In this document: one piece after another, positions 1 through 9,028 of the stretch
How positions within the stretch are numbered: position 1 is the stretch's first letter
Layout of the letters: the number at the start of each line of letters is the position of its first letter
Notes under the pieces: generated by a model
Seen by the model: only the letters and a program-made list of their open reading frames with translations
Told to the model about the DNA's origin: nothing
Database searches by the model: none
Program-made: the position numbers and the translations under genes
Origin: Escherichia phage vB_Eco_mar004NP2
Length of the DNA stretch: 64,000 nt
Direction: 5' to 3' (one strand)
Sequence record: NC_048205.1

Positions 1-136
1 CCTTTAATGTTAGCTGGGGGAGTTACAGCGTATTTCACCCTTTTCTCCCCGATACTTATGTACTCAATTTACCCAATAACTATGTATCTAGTTAGGAAAA
101 GATTTATACATGCAGTAGATTAAGATAAAAAAGTAG

Positions 137-165
137 TTGACTTTTAGCCCTAGTTATTATATAAT
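137..165 (+). promoter_or_regulatory. sigma70-type promoter TTGACT-N17-TATAAT
   Basis: -35 at 137-142, -10 at 160-165, 17-bp spacer; followed by conserved ATATACATAAATT box; upstream of ATG 199. Confidence 0.5.
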
Positions 166-198
166 ATATACATAAATTAGTTAAGAGAGGTATATATT

Positions 199-630
199 AT
201 GTCTGATCGTTTCTACACTCAAATGGCGGAACATTTTCGTATACCACATTACGAGCTAAACATTGCACTCCGTGATCATGACTCTCCTGAGTACAAAAAG
301 CTCGAAAAGAAAGCGGAAAAATCTATTGATACAAAGGTAGGTGCATCTATGTCTAAGGGCAAAAAGTTAACTCGTCTTGATCTTAATAAAATTTTAACTG
401 AACTTTTGGGTACTGATATTGAAGGTGCTAAATTACCACTTCTTGTACTAGAGACTATGATTAAAAAGGTCAAAAATAAAGAATATAAGAAGGTAGAAGT
501 CCCAGAGGGCAGATTAAAGGCTCCTTATCAGGAAGCATTAACCGAGTGTTTGGGTGTAAATCTTGATCTGAGCACCGCAACCGTAAAAACTATGAAAAAC
601 TTCTTAGAGGCCATTAATAACTATGAGTAA
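199..630 (+). CDS. hypothetical early protein (143 aa)
   Basis: ORF with RBS GAGAGG upstream; downstream of strong promoter. Confidence 0.6.
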   Translation: MSDRFYTQMAEHFRIPHYELNIALRDHDSPEYKKLEKKAEKSIDTKVGASMSKGKKLTRLDLNKILTELLGTDIEGAKLPLLVLETMIKKVKNKEYKKVEVPEGRLKAPYQEALTECLGVNLDLSTATVKTMKNFLEAINNYE

Positions 631-913
631 ATTAGTCTATCTATTAAAAGGTTCCACCTGTAACCCGTGTAAACTTTTCGAGCCAGTATTTGATAAAGTA
701 GTCAGTGACTATAATTTGGAAATCCATAAAGAGACTGATAATACAGAATTAATGCAGAAATTTGGTGTGCGCCAAGTTCCTGTAGTAGTTCTGGCGGATC
801 GCTTACCTAATGGTCGAGTAGAAGCTAATCATATTCTGATTGGACGTCAGCTTCGTAAAGAAACTATGCACGAAGCTATTAAAAATTTCCTGGATGATAA
901 TCCAGAGGACTAA
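623..913 (+). CDS. thioredoxin-like small redox protein (CNPC motif)
   Basis: 96 aa; C-x-x-C (STCNPCK) followed by KFGVRQVPVVVL, resembling thioredoxin-fold layout; ATGA-type overlap with upstream ORF. Confidence 0.5.
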   Translation: MSKLVYLLKGSTCNPCKLFEPVFDKVVSDYNLEIHKETDNTELMQKFGVRQVPVVVLADRLPNGRVEANHILIGRQLRKETMHEAIKNFLDDNPED

Positions 914-920
914 TAAACAA

Positions 921-952
921 AGCCTGATCTTAGCTGATCAGGCTTTTATTTT
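921..952 (+). terminator. rho-independent terminator
   Basis: hairpin AGCCTGATC..GATCAGGCT followed by TTTTATTTT. Confidence 0.55.
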
Positions 953-954
953 AC

Positions 955-983
955 TTGCTTTTTGCTAAAAATTTTGGTATAAT
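955..983 (+). promoter_or_regulatory. sigma70-type promoter TTGCTT-N17-TATAAT
   Basis: -35 at 955-960, -10 at 978-983; followed by conserved TATAAATTGATGA box. Confidence 0.5.
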
Positions 984-1040
984 ACTTATATAAATTGATG
1001 AAAAGGCTATCTACACACTACAAGAAATAGGGGTATTCCA

Positions 1041-1418
1041 ATGAACTATGCATATCTAATTATTAATAATAACGTAGTTTGTGGTACTCGCGCCGTTGAG
1101 ATGGGTATTACAGAAGAAAAGTATAAGTCACTTCCAGAAAAGGAACAACAATATTATGTTGAAGAAGCTGCTTGGGAATATGCTGATGTTTATCCCGAAC
1201 AGCGTGAAGATCGCGTTACTATTGTTGTCTCTTTGGGGCTGGTTGGCTGTGATACCGAAGTTGATACAGACCTAGAGACTTTAGAAGAGTGGGGAGAATT
1301 AGACATTTCAGCTAAAAACTCTTTAATCCGTGAGGCTTTTTGGGAAGCAGTTGACTGCCATGTTGTCTTTGAGCCTAACGATGAGGAAGCTGAGAAGCAT
1401 ACTAACCACTGGGGATAA
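1041..1418 (+). CDS. hypothetical early protein (125 aa)
   Basis: ORF with RBS AGGGG; acidic protein. Confidence 0.6.
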   Translation: MNYAYLIINNNVVCGTRAVEMGITEEKYKSLPEKEQQYYVEEAAWEYADVYPEQREDRVTIVVSLGLVGCDTEVDTDLETLEEWGELDISAKNSLIREAFWEAVDCHVVFEPNDEEAEKHTNHWG

Positions 1419-1422
1419 TTAA

Positions 1423-1668
1423 ATGTTAGCGGAACAAGCAAAACGTTTAGCTAGGATAAATAGAGCTGCAATTCTTAAGAGCAGAAAGAAACCATATAAG
1501 TATGTTAAAAAGAGAATAGTTTCTTCTGTGGAGATTGGAGGTTCTTTTGTACAGTTTAATCGTGATGAAATTAGTTATGAAGCTATAAAAGCCCTCTATA
1601 AAGAGGGTTATACTCTCCAACTATCTAATGAGTATGGCACAACTATTTTAACTGTTATTTGGGAATAA
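1423..1668 (+). CDS. hypothetical protein (81 aa)
   Basis: ORF tightly packed between neighbours. Confidence 0.5.
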   Translation: MLAEQAKRLARINRAAILKSRKKPYKYVKKRIVSSVEIGGSFVQFNRDEISYEAIKALYKEGYTLQLSNEYGTTILTVIWE

Positions 1669-2534
1669 TTATGAAAAAAGAATTTAATGTACATAAAACT
1701 CTAGTAGTGCCAGATGATGCCAACTTGTTTTTCGTTGGTGATATTCATGGATGCAATGATTTGCTGGAAGATGCGTTGAAATTAGCTGGGTATAATAGCA
1801 AGAAAGATTGCGTAGTATGTGTTGGTGACTTAATTGACCGGGGCACACAAAACTTACAAGTTTTAGCTAAATTCTTATATAATCCACGTTTTTGTAGCGT
1901 TCGTGGAAATCATGACCAGTTTATGATTGTAGGAGATTGGGCTAACTGGATGTATAATGGAGGTATGTGGGCTATGAATGAGCTGGACGCAGATACCATT
2001 AAAAATATTGCCGAAGACATGGCTGAAAAACTTCCAGTATTTATGACTGTGCTGCATCGTGGCAAGAAGTATGGTGTTGTTCATGGTGGTGTACCTTTTA
2101 CATACAAAGAATGTGGTAACGAAGTAGAAACTCCAGTATGGGATAACCTTATTGCACAAGTAGAAGCAGCTAAGGAAGACCCACATGACCATCCTGGATA
2201 CCATGTTGAACCATATTTATGGGATCGAGATGTAATACAAGAAATAGGCTTCCATTTGTCCAAAAATGGTGAGGAACACCCGTATTTCCAGCGTTATTCT
2301 GGGTTTAAAGAAAAATACATGGTAGAAATACCTCCAGTTAGTGGGGTAGACTTTGTGTTTCATGGGCATACTGGAGTACCTTACCCTATTTTACACCAAA
2401 ATCGTGTTTACTTAGATACTGGCGGTGTTTTCAACGGGCAGTTGACGGTTGCGCAAGTTAATGATGAAACTGGCAAAATCACAACATTTACCACGCTTCG
2501 CGAAGATAGCTGTGGCATACAGAGGATTCTTTAA
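1659..2534 (+). CDS. Ser/Thr protein phosphatase (calcineurin-like metallophosphatase)
   Basis: motifs GDIHG, GDLIDRG, GNHD read in translation; 291 aa. Confidence 0.8.
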   Translation: MGIIMKKEFNVHKTLVVPDDANLFFVGDIHGCNDLLEDALKLAGYNSKKDCVVCVGDLIDRGTQNLQVLAKFLYNPRFCSVRGNHDQFMIVGDWANWMYNGGMWAMNELDADTIKNIAEDMAEKLPVFMTVLHRGKKYGVVHGGVPFTYKECGNEVETPVWDNLIAQVEAAKEDPHDHPGYHVEPYLWDRDVIQEIGFHLSKNGEEHPYFQRYSGFKEKYMVEIPPVSGVDFVFHGHTGVPYPILHQNRVYLDTGGVFNGQLTVAQVNDETGKITTFTTLREDSCGIQRIL

Positions 2535-3055
2535 TGAAAGTCTGCTTTTGGAGCGATCTACACTTAGGACATGCAAATATTACTAAATTCAGACCAATCT
2601 TCTCTACTATGGAAGAGCATGATGAATTTATTATGGATACTATTACATCCATGAAAGATAAGCGTACAGTATTTTATATTTTAGGGGATGCATTTGTATC
2701 TAGAAATGGTTTGGAGAAATTCGAAAAACTCTTTAGTAATGTTAGAACTACATTAGTTTTGGGGAACCACGACTTAGAACGAGAAGGGTTATCTTTCAAA
2801 GACTTAGTGGGAGTTGTAGATAACGTACAATCCCTAGTTAAGTATAAAAACTTTTGGCTTTCCCATGCTCCAGTACATCCAGAAGAGTTAAGGGGCAAGA
2901 AGAACTTACATGGGCATACTCACTTTGAGTTAATGGGGGACCCTCGTTATATTAACGTTTGTGTAGAGTATGCAAAATCACCAGTACGCCTGGAAGACAT
3001 CATGAATGGTAAGTACACTTCTCATGATAAAACTAGCTGGATGTTAAATGTCTAA
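2534..3055 (+). CDS. small metallophosphoesterase-like protein
   Basis: DLHLGH, GNHD, HGHTH motifs; 173 aa; start overlaps upstream stop. Confidence 0.55.
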   Translation: MKVCFWSDLHLGHANITKFRPIFSTMEEHDEFIMDTITSMKDKRTVFYILGDAFVSRNGLEKFEKLFSNVRTTLVLGNHDLEREGLSFKDLVGVVDNVQSLVKYKNFWLSHAPVHPEELRGKKNLHGHTHFELMGDPRYINVCVEYAKSPVRLEDIMNGKYTSHDKTSWMLNV

Positions 3056-3163
3056 GTATATAGCTGAGGTTATTATTAAACGAATTATACAGGCGATAGC
3101 AATACTTATAATCATTTGTATTGCTATTGGCACAGGATTAGGCATTTTAATTGAAAGTTTTAT

Positions 3164-3192
3164 TTGCTAAAATGCCTAAGTTTCTGTATAAT
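3164..3192 (+). promoter_or_regulatory. sigma70-type promoter TTGCTA-N17-TATAAT
   Basis: -35 at 3164-3169, -10 at 3187-3192; conserved TTTATAAATTGATGAGAAGG downstream box. Confidence 0.55.
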
Positions 3193-3222
3193 TACTTTAT
3201 AAATTGATGAGAAGGAATCAAA

Positions 3223-3654
3223 ATGAACAAAGTTGATAAAGCTCTAGTTTTCACAGCAGCAGATAAGTTTGAACAAGTTAAGGCAACTTTCCGAACCTTG
3301 TTCCAGTCTTACGTTCAGGATAAGTCTAATCCTATCTCTGAACGTTTGATGGTCTGGGAATGTCATGCATGCAATGCCTTATTAATTGCTGATTATCGTA
3401 GCGATATAGATAAAGATCTGTGCGAAATTCTTATCGCTGAGGAGGCAGAACGTTATCAGTTAATCTCTTTCCAAGATTTGGCAGAGCATATCATTCCCGA
3501 TGATCTTTGGGATAAATACTATGGTGATCCTGAAGATGAAGGAATGACTCCAGAAGCATGCATTGAGCTGATCTGCAAAGATCATCCTGAAATTGCAGAG
3601 AAATTTGAAAAAGTTTTTGCTTCTGAGTTCTCCGGCGTTGTTAACGATTGGTAA
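3223..3654 (+). CDS. hypothetical early protein (143 aa)
   Basis: ORF with RBS GAAGGA. Confidence 0.6.
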   Translation: MNKVDKALVFTAADKFEQVKATFRTLFQSYVQDKSNPISERLMVWECHACNALLIADYRSDIDKDLCEILIAEEAERYQLISFQDLAEHIIPDDLWDKYYGDPEDEGMTPEACIELICKDHPEIAEKFEKVFASEFSGVVNDW

Positions 3655-3671
3655 GTAATTAAAAAATTCAG

Positions 3672-3700
3672 TTGCTTTAAGCCTTAAAATTCTGTATAAT
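3672..3700 (+). promoter_or_regulatory. sigma70-type promoter TTGCTT-N17-TATAAT
   Basis: -35 at 3672-3677, -10 at 3695-3700; same downstream ATAAATTAATGAGAGAGG box. Confidence 0.55.
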
Positions 3701-3714
3701 AAGTTCATAAATTA

Positions 3715-3984
3715 ATGAGAGAGGAAATTCTAATGGAAAACATGACTAAAAATGAAATGGCTAACGTTCTGGCAATTCTCCTCGACATGCAGGGTTTTGA
3801 AGGCCAGCTCATGAAGATGTCTATTCCGGCAATGAAAAAGATGTACGATTCCCTGAATAAGAATGCTATGGCGTTCAACCTTGCAAAACAAGAAGCACGT
3901 TTTGCTAAAGAGCATCAGGCAACTGCCGAACGTCGTGCAGCATCTTTTGAGCGTGAAGTTAAGCAACTGAAAGGTAAGAAATAA
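3715..3984 (+). CDS. hypothetical protein (89 aa)
   Basis: ORF after promoter; basic C-terminus. Confidence 0.55.
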   Translation: MREEILMENMTKNEMANVLAILLDMQGFEGQLMKMSIPAMKKMYDSLNKNAMAFNLAKQEARFAKEHQATAERRAASFEREVKQLKGKK

Positions 3985-4148
3985 TGGAAAGAATATCCAT
4001 TTTTATGCTATCACTCCTTTTAGGAGTGTTAATATATAGTATAGTTTCTCTTCACACACGTTTAGCAGAACTAGACAATTCTATCCACGAGTTAAATGTG
4101 GAGTTGTGTAAACTAGTTCCAAACAATGAAAAATGTAAGGATATTTAA
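3984..4148 (+). CDS. small single-pass membrane protein (54 aa), not in ORF track
   Basis: ATG overlaps upstream stop (TAATG); hydrophobic N-terminal helix then helical tail; coupled to next ORF. Confidence 0.4.
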   Translation: MERISIFMLSLLLGVLIYSIVSLHTRLAELDNSIHELNVELCKLVPNNEKCKDI

Positions 4149-4429
4149 TGTTGATTGAAATTCTTATTGGGTTACTAGTTCTTACTACACTAGTAGCGAT
4201 TGGTGGAGTTATTGGGATTGTGAATGCACGAAAAAACATGGAAAGTATGCTTAGTACTAATGATGGACTACACCACCGTTTGCTAGAGCAAGAGCAAGAT
4301 ATTGAATTAGCACAAAGACGCTCGGATATTCTTAAGGAAAAACTAAATAGTATAGAAGCAATAGTTGGGAATAATAAATTACCGGCTAAAGTAATGCGTA
4401 CACAGATAATCACGGAGATTAAAAAATGA
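4148..4429 (+). CDS. small membrane protein with coiled-coil tail (93 aa)
   Basis: N-terminal TM helix LIEILIGLLVLTTLVAIGGVIGIV then charged helix. Confidence 0.55.
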   Translation: MLIEILIGLLVLTTLVAIGGVIGIVNARKNMESMLSTNDGLHHRLLEQEQDIELAQRRSDILKEKLNSIEAIVGNNKLPAKVMRTQIITEIKK

Positions 4430-4671
4430 TGATGTTTATTCTAGCATTTTATCTAATCGTGGTGGGAGTTCTAGTTACTAAGTACCATACATGGGCACCA
4501 AAGAATGTAGTTAAGGTAGCACTATTTGTTATTCCAGTCCCACTTATTATACTTTCTATGTTACTGGTGATGTTAATTGGTAAAGTGACGAAGACCGATA
4601 TTAAACGCATTGCTGATGAATTGCAACAGTCTTGTGATATGGTAGAGGATATTCTTAAAGATGAAGCTTAA
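4426..4671 (+). CDS. small two-TM membrane protein (81 aa)
   Basis: two hydrophobic segments; ATGA overlap with upstream gene. Confidence 0.55.
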   Translation: MMMFILAFYLIVVGVLVTKYHTWAPKNVVKVALFVIPVPLIILSMLLVMLIGKVTKTDIKRIADELQQSCDMVEDILKDEA

Positions 4672-4987
4672 TTTTAATGAATTAAATACCTTACATGAGA
4701 TACTACAGTTTGTGAATAATAATATTAGCATTCCAGATGACACGCTAGAAGTTCTCATGTTAATCGAGAAAAAGGTAGGAATTGAAATTGAGGATTCTTG
4801 GAAACCACTTTCTGTATTAACACCACTTAATATGAAAGTGATAGTTAAAAATATTGATACTGGTGAAGAGTGTGAAATGATTCGTAAAGAACTAGCTGAT
4901 AGCTATTCACCAAAGTCTGTAGTAATGTACCATGATGATACCGCTAAGACTCTACAGACAGCTAATTATGTATGGCGTCTCCCATGA
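4661..4987 (+). CDS. hypothetical protein (108 aa)
   Basis: ORF. Confidence 0.5.
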   Translation: MKLNFNELNTLHEILQFVNNNISIPDDTLEVLMLIEKKVGIEIEDSWKPLSVLTPLNMKVIVKNIDTGEECEMIRKELADSYSPKSVVMYHDDTAKTLQTANYVWRLP

Positions 4988-5130
4988 TTGATTTAGTACC
5001 AATTACTGCGGGGCTAATAGCACTATTAGTGCTCGCAGTTTTCATTATTGTGGAGCAGGCCAAAGTAATAAGGAGACTTAAAAACAATGGTAAAACGTCT
5101 TGTTTATCAGGCACCAAAGATTGTAACTGA
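4984..5130 (+). CDS. possible small membrane protein (48 aa), not in ORF track
   Basis: ATGA overlap with upstream stop; hydrophobic core; overlaps next ORF start in another frame, so uncertain. Confidence 0.25.
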   Translation: MIDLVPITAGLIALLVLAVFIIVEQAKVIRRLKNNGKTSCLSGTKDCN

Positions 5131-5287
5131 GTATTTTGTATTACTGCCTCAGATTGTATTTCTAACAGCATTATTTAATATACTTTTTCGACATCTAGGA
5201 ATAACGGAAAATATCTTCTACACTTCTGGGCTACTTCCTTTTATGTACGAAGGCATCATCGTGGCAATTAACGGAGTTCGTAAATGA
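5087..5287 (+). CDS. small membrane protein (66 aa)
   Basis: strong RBS AAGGAGA; hydrophobic segment. Confidence 0.5.
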   Translation: MVKRLVYQAPKIVTEYFVLLPQIVFLTALFNILFRHLGITENIFYTSGLLPFMYEGIIVAINGVRK

Positions 5288-5745
5288 CAGCACTACAACA
5301 ACTACAGAATTACTGGTTTGATAACCAATTTAACGATCTCTTCATCCAGTTGTTTGTCGAAACGAACGGACGCTTCAACTACCGATTCTTTAATAAGTTT
5401 CACGAAACAAAATTCTCGCATACAGAAATTAATGCAGCAATCCAAGACCTAACTGGTTCTAAAGTAATTCAGTATCGTGAAGTAGACTTCACACCAGATT
5501 GTTTTGGGTTTGAATTGTTTAAGAAAGCGTATAAATTTGGTAAGTTTGAGGATGCTCGTCAATGGGTTCATGATTTCTGGTACAACACCGATATTGTCCC
5601 TAGTCGCGTGCTGATTCTTAACTGGATTGCTAAGCAACATCCACCTAAAACGCAATCATCCTTCTTACCGACTGACACAGGAAACCTCTACCATGACAGA
5701 AAAGAAAAACCCATTATTGGAGCAGATGAAGGAGTGGGAGAGTAA
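5284..5745 (+). CDS. hypothetical protein (153 aa)
   Basis: ORF, ATGA overlap with upstream gene. Confidence 0.55.
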   Translation: MTALQQLQNYWFDNQFNDLFIQLFVETNGRFNYRFFNKFHETKFSHTEINAAIQDLTGSKVIQYREVDFTPDCFGFELFKKAYKFGKFEDARQWVHDFWYNTDIVPSRVLILNWIAKQHPPKTQSSFLPTDTGNLYHDRKEKPIIGADEGVGE

Positions 5746-6064
5746 TATTGAAACTGGTCTAATAGACGGTGAAGATATTGTCAACTCCATGCTAGAAGTA
5801 ACAGTAGATAATATTAATCCTATTTTGGCTGGAGAAACCTCAGATCTTATAGGACTCTCTAGCACATTTGATTCTTTGGCTAAATTAGCTTTAGACGATG
5901 AAGATATAACCAAAGAAGATCTCGCTACAGCTATGAATATGGCTATTAATGCTTACATCGGTAAACGTACTGATGAACTTGGTAAACAGATCAATAAGCG
6001 TGATGCTACGCTAGGTCTTATGGAAACGGCCACTATGTTAAGAAGTGGTAAACAACTTCATTAA
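5693..6064 (+). CDS. hypothetical protein (start trimmed to MTEKK)
   Basis: ORF track start 5627 overlaps upstream gene by >100 nt; internal ATG with AGGA upstream chosen. Confidence 0.45.
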   Translation: MTEKKNPLLEQMKEWESNIETGLIDGEDIVNSMLEVTVDNINPILAGETSDLIGLSSTFDSLAKLALDDEDITKEDLATAMNMAINAYIGKRTDELGKQINKRDATLGLMETATMLRSGKQLH

Positions 6065-6071
6065 TTTTAGG

Positions 6072-6104
6072 AGGCCAGGACTTAGTTGTTCTGGCCTTTT
6101 ATGT
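6072..6104 (+). terminator. rho-independent terminator
   Basis: hairpin GGCCAGGAC..TCTGGCC followed by TTTTATGTTTT. Confidence 0.55.
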
Positions 6105-6120
6105 TTTCAAGGAACTTCAA

Positions 6121-6324
6121 ATGCAAGTATATGTCCTTACTAGAGATATAAATGAGTATAATCAGGATGGTGAGTATTTTGTAAAAGTATTCGCTGAAAA
6201 GCCAAGTAAACAACAATTATTAGATGCGGGGGTACCCGAAGACCAGGCTAAGTGTATACTACAAGATAAAGAGTTTACCGGGGATGCTTACGAATGTTTC
6301 TACCTTAACTGTGAGACTATTTAA
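6121..6324 (+). CDS. hypothetical protein (67 aa)
   Basis: ORF after terminator. Confidence 0.45.
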   Translation: MQVYVLTRDINEYNQDGEYFVKVFAEKPSKQQLLDAGVPEDQAKCILQDKEFTGDAYECFYLNCETI

Positions 6325-6325
6325 T

Positions 6326-6772
6326 ATGAGAGAGAAAGTAAATGAATTATTAATCGAGGAAGCTAACAACTTTCCAATAAATAGGTTCATCAAATCGGAT
6401 GGATCTATTAATAGAACTAAAATTAAGCAGCTACATCCCGACTTCCAACAAGAAGCACTAAACCTTATATTTATCAAGAAAGCTGTTGCAGCTCATGGAG
6501 CTTTCTTCGGGTATGAGCGTGTAAATTATAAGACAATGCAACAGCAAGTTGAGATCTATTGTCCAGATCACGATGGTTATTACTGGCAAACTGCTAGATC
6601 TCATTTAGAAGGTCATGGATGTCGACTGTGCGCACACAAGGTTGTGCAGCGTGTCACGGATTATGGAACTTATACCGTACCAGCATGTTACCATAAATTT
6701 GTAATTGACGATAATCATATAGTTTGGTATAATAAGTTTTCAAAGCTAAGAATGGAGATAAGTAGTGAGTAG
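6326..6772 (+). CDS. zinc-ribbon protein with homing-endonuclease-type CxxH..GxGCxxC motif
   Basis: YERVNYKTMQQQVEIYCPDHDGYYWQTARSHLEGHGCRLCAHK; same motif class as ORFs at 24721-25394; start trimmed to ATG 6326. Confidence 0.45.
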   Translation: MREKVNELLIEEANNFPINRFIKSDGSINRTKIKQLHPDFQQEALNLIFIKKAVAAHGAFFGYERVNYKTMQQQVEIYCPDHDGYYWQTARSHLEGHGCRLCAHKVVQRVTDYGTYTVPACYHKFVIDDNHIVWYNKFSKLRMEISSE

Positions 6773-7055
6773 CTATATTGTATGGTCAAACCCACTAGCA
6801 GCACTTAGTAACAAACTATTTAAAACAACGTGGGGGTATAATGAAATAGACTTAGGTAGTCGCCCAATACCAAACAAACACCCCTTAGTTCCAGAGCTGT
6901 ATAAGGTAGTGATAAATGGCACGGAGTATTTGGTTGATAAATTTGACAGAAAACGTTTACTAGAGGGTATCTACGATAATTCTACATCGATAAATGAATT
7001 AGTAGAACATGCCCAAATATACGATAAGAGCTGGATGTTAATATGGAGATCATAG
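6765..7055 (+). CDS. hypothetical protein (96 aa)
   Basis: ORF. Confidence 0.5.
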   Translation: MSSYIVWSNPLAALSNKLFKTTWGYNEIDLGSRPIPNKHPLVPELYKVVINGTEYLVDKFDRKRLLEGIYDNSTSINELVEHAQIYDKSWMLIWRS

Positions 7056-7276
7056 TAATTATTTTAGCAGTTATGTTATTTATTGTAACATTTGTATCGT
7101 TTGCTATTATGCGCAGAGCTATAGAACTAGCGGAAGATATAACAAAATTACGCGGTGAGTTGGCTGCTCTTAAACTACAACGTGAAGCCCTCAAGCTATT
7201 TGTAGCTCAAGGTAGCGTAGAGCATACAGCAGAAGACTTCATCATATATCTCAAACGTTACATGGGAGTTAAATAA
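7043..7276 (+). CDS. small membrane protein with coiled coil (77 aa)
   Basis: N-terminal TM helix plus heptad-like helix. Confidence 0.5.
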   Translation: MEIIVIILAVMLFIVTFVSFAIMRRAIELAEDITKLRGELAALKLQREALKLFVAQGSVEHTAEDFIIYLKRYMGVK

Positions 7277-7461
7277 TGGAAACTCTTTTTCTTTTAATGC
7301 TCGTAGGTTCCTTGCTAGTTATATTAGCACTTCTACTGATCTGCAATATTCTTAATAATAAGAATCTAGAGCTAAAGTGTGAGAACCAAATCCTTAACCG
7401 TGAACTTAAACAATATAATCTAGCAGCCCATAAACTGTTAGACAAACTGGAGAATAAATAA
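7276..7461 (+). CDS. small membrane protein with coiled coil (61 aa)
   Basis: TM helix LFLLMLVGSLLVILALLLI plus helical tail; coupled start. Confidence 0.5.
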   Translation: METLFLLMLVGSLLVILALLLICNILNNKNLELKCENQILNRELKQYNLAAHKLLDKLENK

Positions 7462-8063
7462 TGTTTACACAACAACCTATTCAAGTAGTACCAGACCATG
7501 AACTGAACACATGGGATTATAGCCTTAAAGATTTAACTGCTACTGTACAATTCAAATCTATGAAGCTAACATTTGCACACACTGACCTTAGAGCCTGTAA
7601 AGATCTTGAAGGTAAGCTCGAAGATGCTCGTAGGATTTTTGGCACGGCTCGCATCCCGGCTGATAACCTGATTAATGCACTAATCGATGCGGGATACAAA
7701 CTCGTGAAGACTGAGGTGAACCGCCCCAATACTCCAGTGACTATTAGAGACCCGTGGCAGTCAGGGCCAAATACAATGTGGAACAGCCCTAAAATAACGT
7801 CGGATTTGCACAATGTTCCTTGTGGGGGTGTGGTAAGTAGTACGAAGTCATATAAGTTTGGTGAAGATTATGGGCCTTCTGTACAGTTAAAGCATACCCA
7901 AGAAGCTCTTGAATCTGACATGAAAAGCGTAGCGCCTGCGGATACTGAAGGTTTTAGAAGTCCCATCTATGTTACTCACTTTAATAATCTTAGACCTGGG
8001 AGTATAAATGATACTATCCTTGAGGCGTTGGGAGCTGCTCTTAATGAGAGTAAAAAGGATTAA
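7461..8063 (+). CDS. hypothetical protein (200 aa)
   Basis: ORF, ATGA-type coupling. Confidence 0.55.
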   Translation: MFTQQPIQVVPDHELNTWDYSLKDLTATVQFKSMKLTFAHTDLRACKDLEGKLEDARRIFGTARIPADNLINALIDAGYKLVKTEVNRPNTPVTIRDPWQSGPNTMWNSPKITSDLHNVPCGGVVSSTKSYKFGEDYGPSVQLKHTQEALESDMKSVAPADTEGFRSPIYVTHFNNLRPGSINDTILEALGAALNESKKD

Positions 8064-8143
8064 TAATTTCCTAATACATGAGCCTCTACGGAGGCTCTAA
8101 AATAAAAAGAAGGTCATCCAGACCTTAAAAACGGGAGATAATA

Positions 8144-9028
8144 ATGTATAACTTTAAAGATAAACTAAGACAAAATGCTGGTAAAACAAAACCTAAAGAG
8201 AATAATAATGTTCCTAATGCCAAAGTATTACCATTTCCAGAACTGTCTCAAGAAGAAAAAGATAAGTTAGCATTTATGTTTGATGCTCTTCTAGGGCTAA
8301 GTGGACGTTTATATTCCTCACTCAATATTAATGAGAAACGTCTAGTAGAGATGTTCTGTAAACGTTACCAAGTTACTTCAAAGGGCAATTCTTATAAAGA
8401 AGGTGAAAAAGCATTTACAGTCTTAAAGATTAGCGCATATGCACATCGTTTCTTAGTTTATGGATTGCAAATGGAATACTTCACCATCCCATCATTTAGC
8501 TCTTTCCATATCTTTGAAGATGAACGAATGAATATTGATGATCTCTATGGGGATACGTACAAATACTCAGGAAGTCCATTCCACGATGCATTAAGGAGCT
8601 ACCCTACTAGTTACTTACCAGTTAGGGCATCTCAAGGTAAAGCTAGCGTTTTTGCTGTTTACTCAGGATCTAAAGCATCGGATCTAGAAACTTATATATT
8701 TAAAGAGCGTAAATCTGTACTTCCAGATGAAGCATTGTATAGCAATCCATTGCTTCCAGAAAAAGAACCAGAGAAAATTGATGTAACCCCACCAATCCCA
8801 TCTGATTCTCAATATTTAATTTATGAGAAACAAGTTAAGTTATCCCTAGAAATTGGGTTAGTTACACCGCTTGCTGCAGCGTTCATAAATAGATACCTAG
8901 AAATCCCAGATGAGTTCCACCAACGTTATAATACGAATATTCAGATAACGGATGAATTAATTGCGTTAGCAAAAGATACACCTACTGACACTGAGGCGTA
9001 TCAAAAAGCATACCAAGAGTTATTATAA
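8144..9028 (+). CDS. hypothetical protein (294 aa)
   Basis: ORF with RBS GGGAGA. Confidence 0.6.
   Translation: MYNFKDKLRQNAGKTKPKENNNVPNAKVLPFPELSQEEKDKLAFMFDALLGLSGRLYSSLNINEKRLVEMFCKRYQVTSKGNSYKEGEKAFTVLKISAYAHRFLVYGLQMEYFTIPSFSSFHIFEDERMNIDDLYGDTYKYSGSPFHDALRSYPTSYLPVRASQGKASVFAVYSGSKASDLETYIFKERKSVLPDEALYSNPLLPEKEPEKIDVTPPIPSDSQYLIYEKQVKLSLEIGLVTPLAAAFINRYLEIPDEFHQRYNTNIQITDELIALAKDTPTDTEAYQKAYQELL

Noticed and set aside
8080-8097. Hairpin GAGCCTC-TACG-GAGGCTC after the 200-aa gene as a terminator
   Set aside because: Not followed by a U-tract on either strand; may be an RNA stability element but not a canonical intrinsic terminator.
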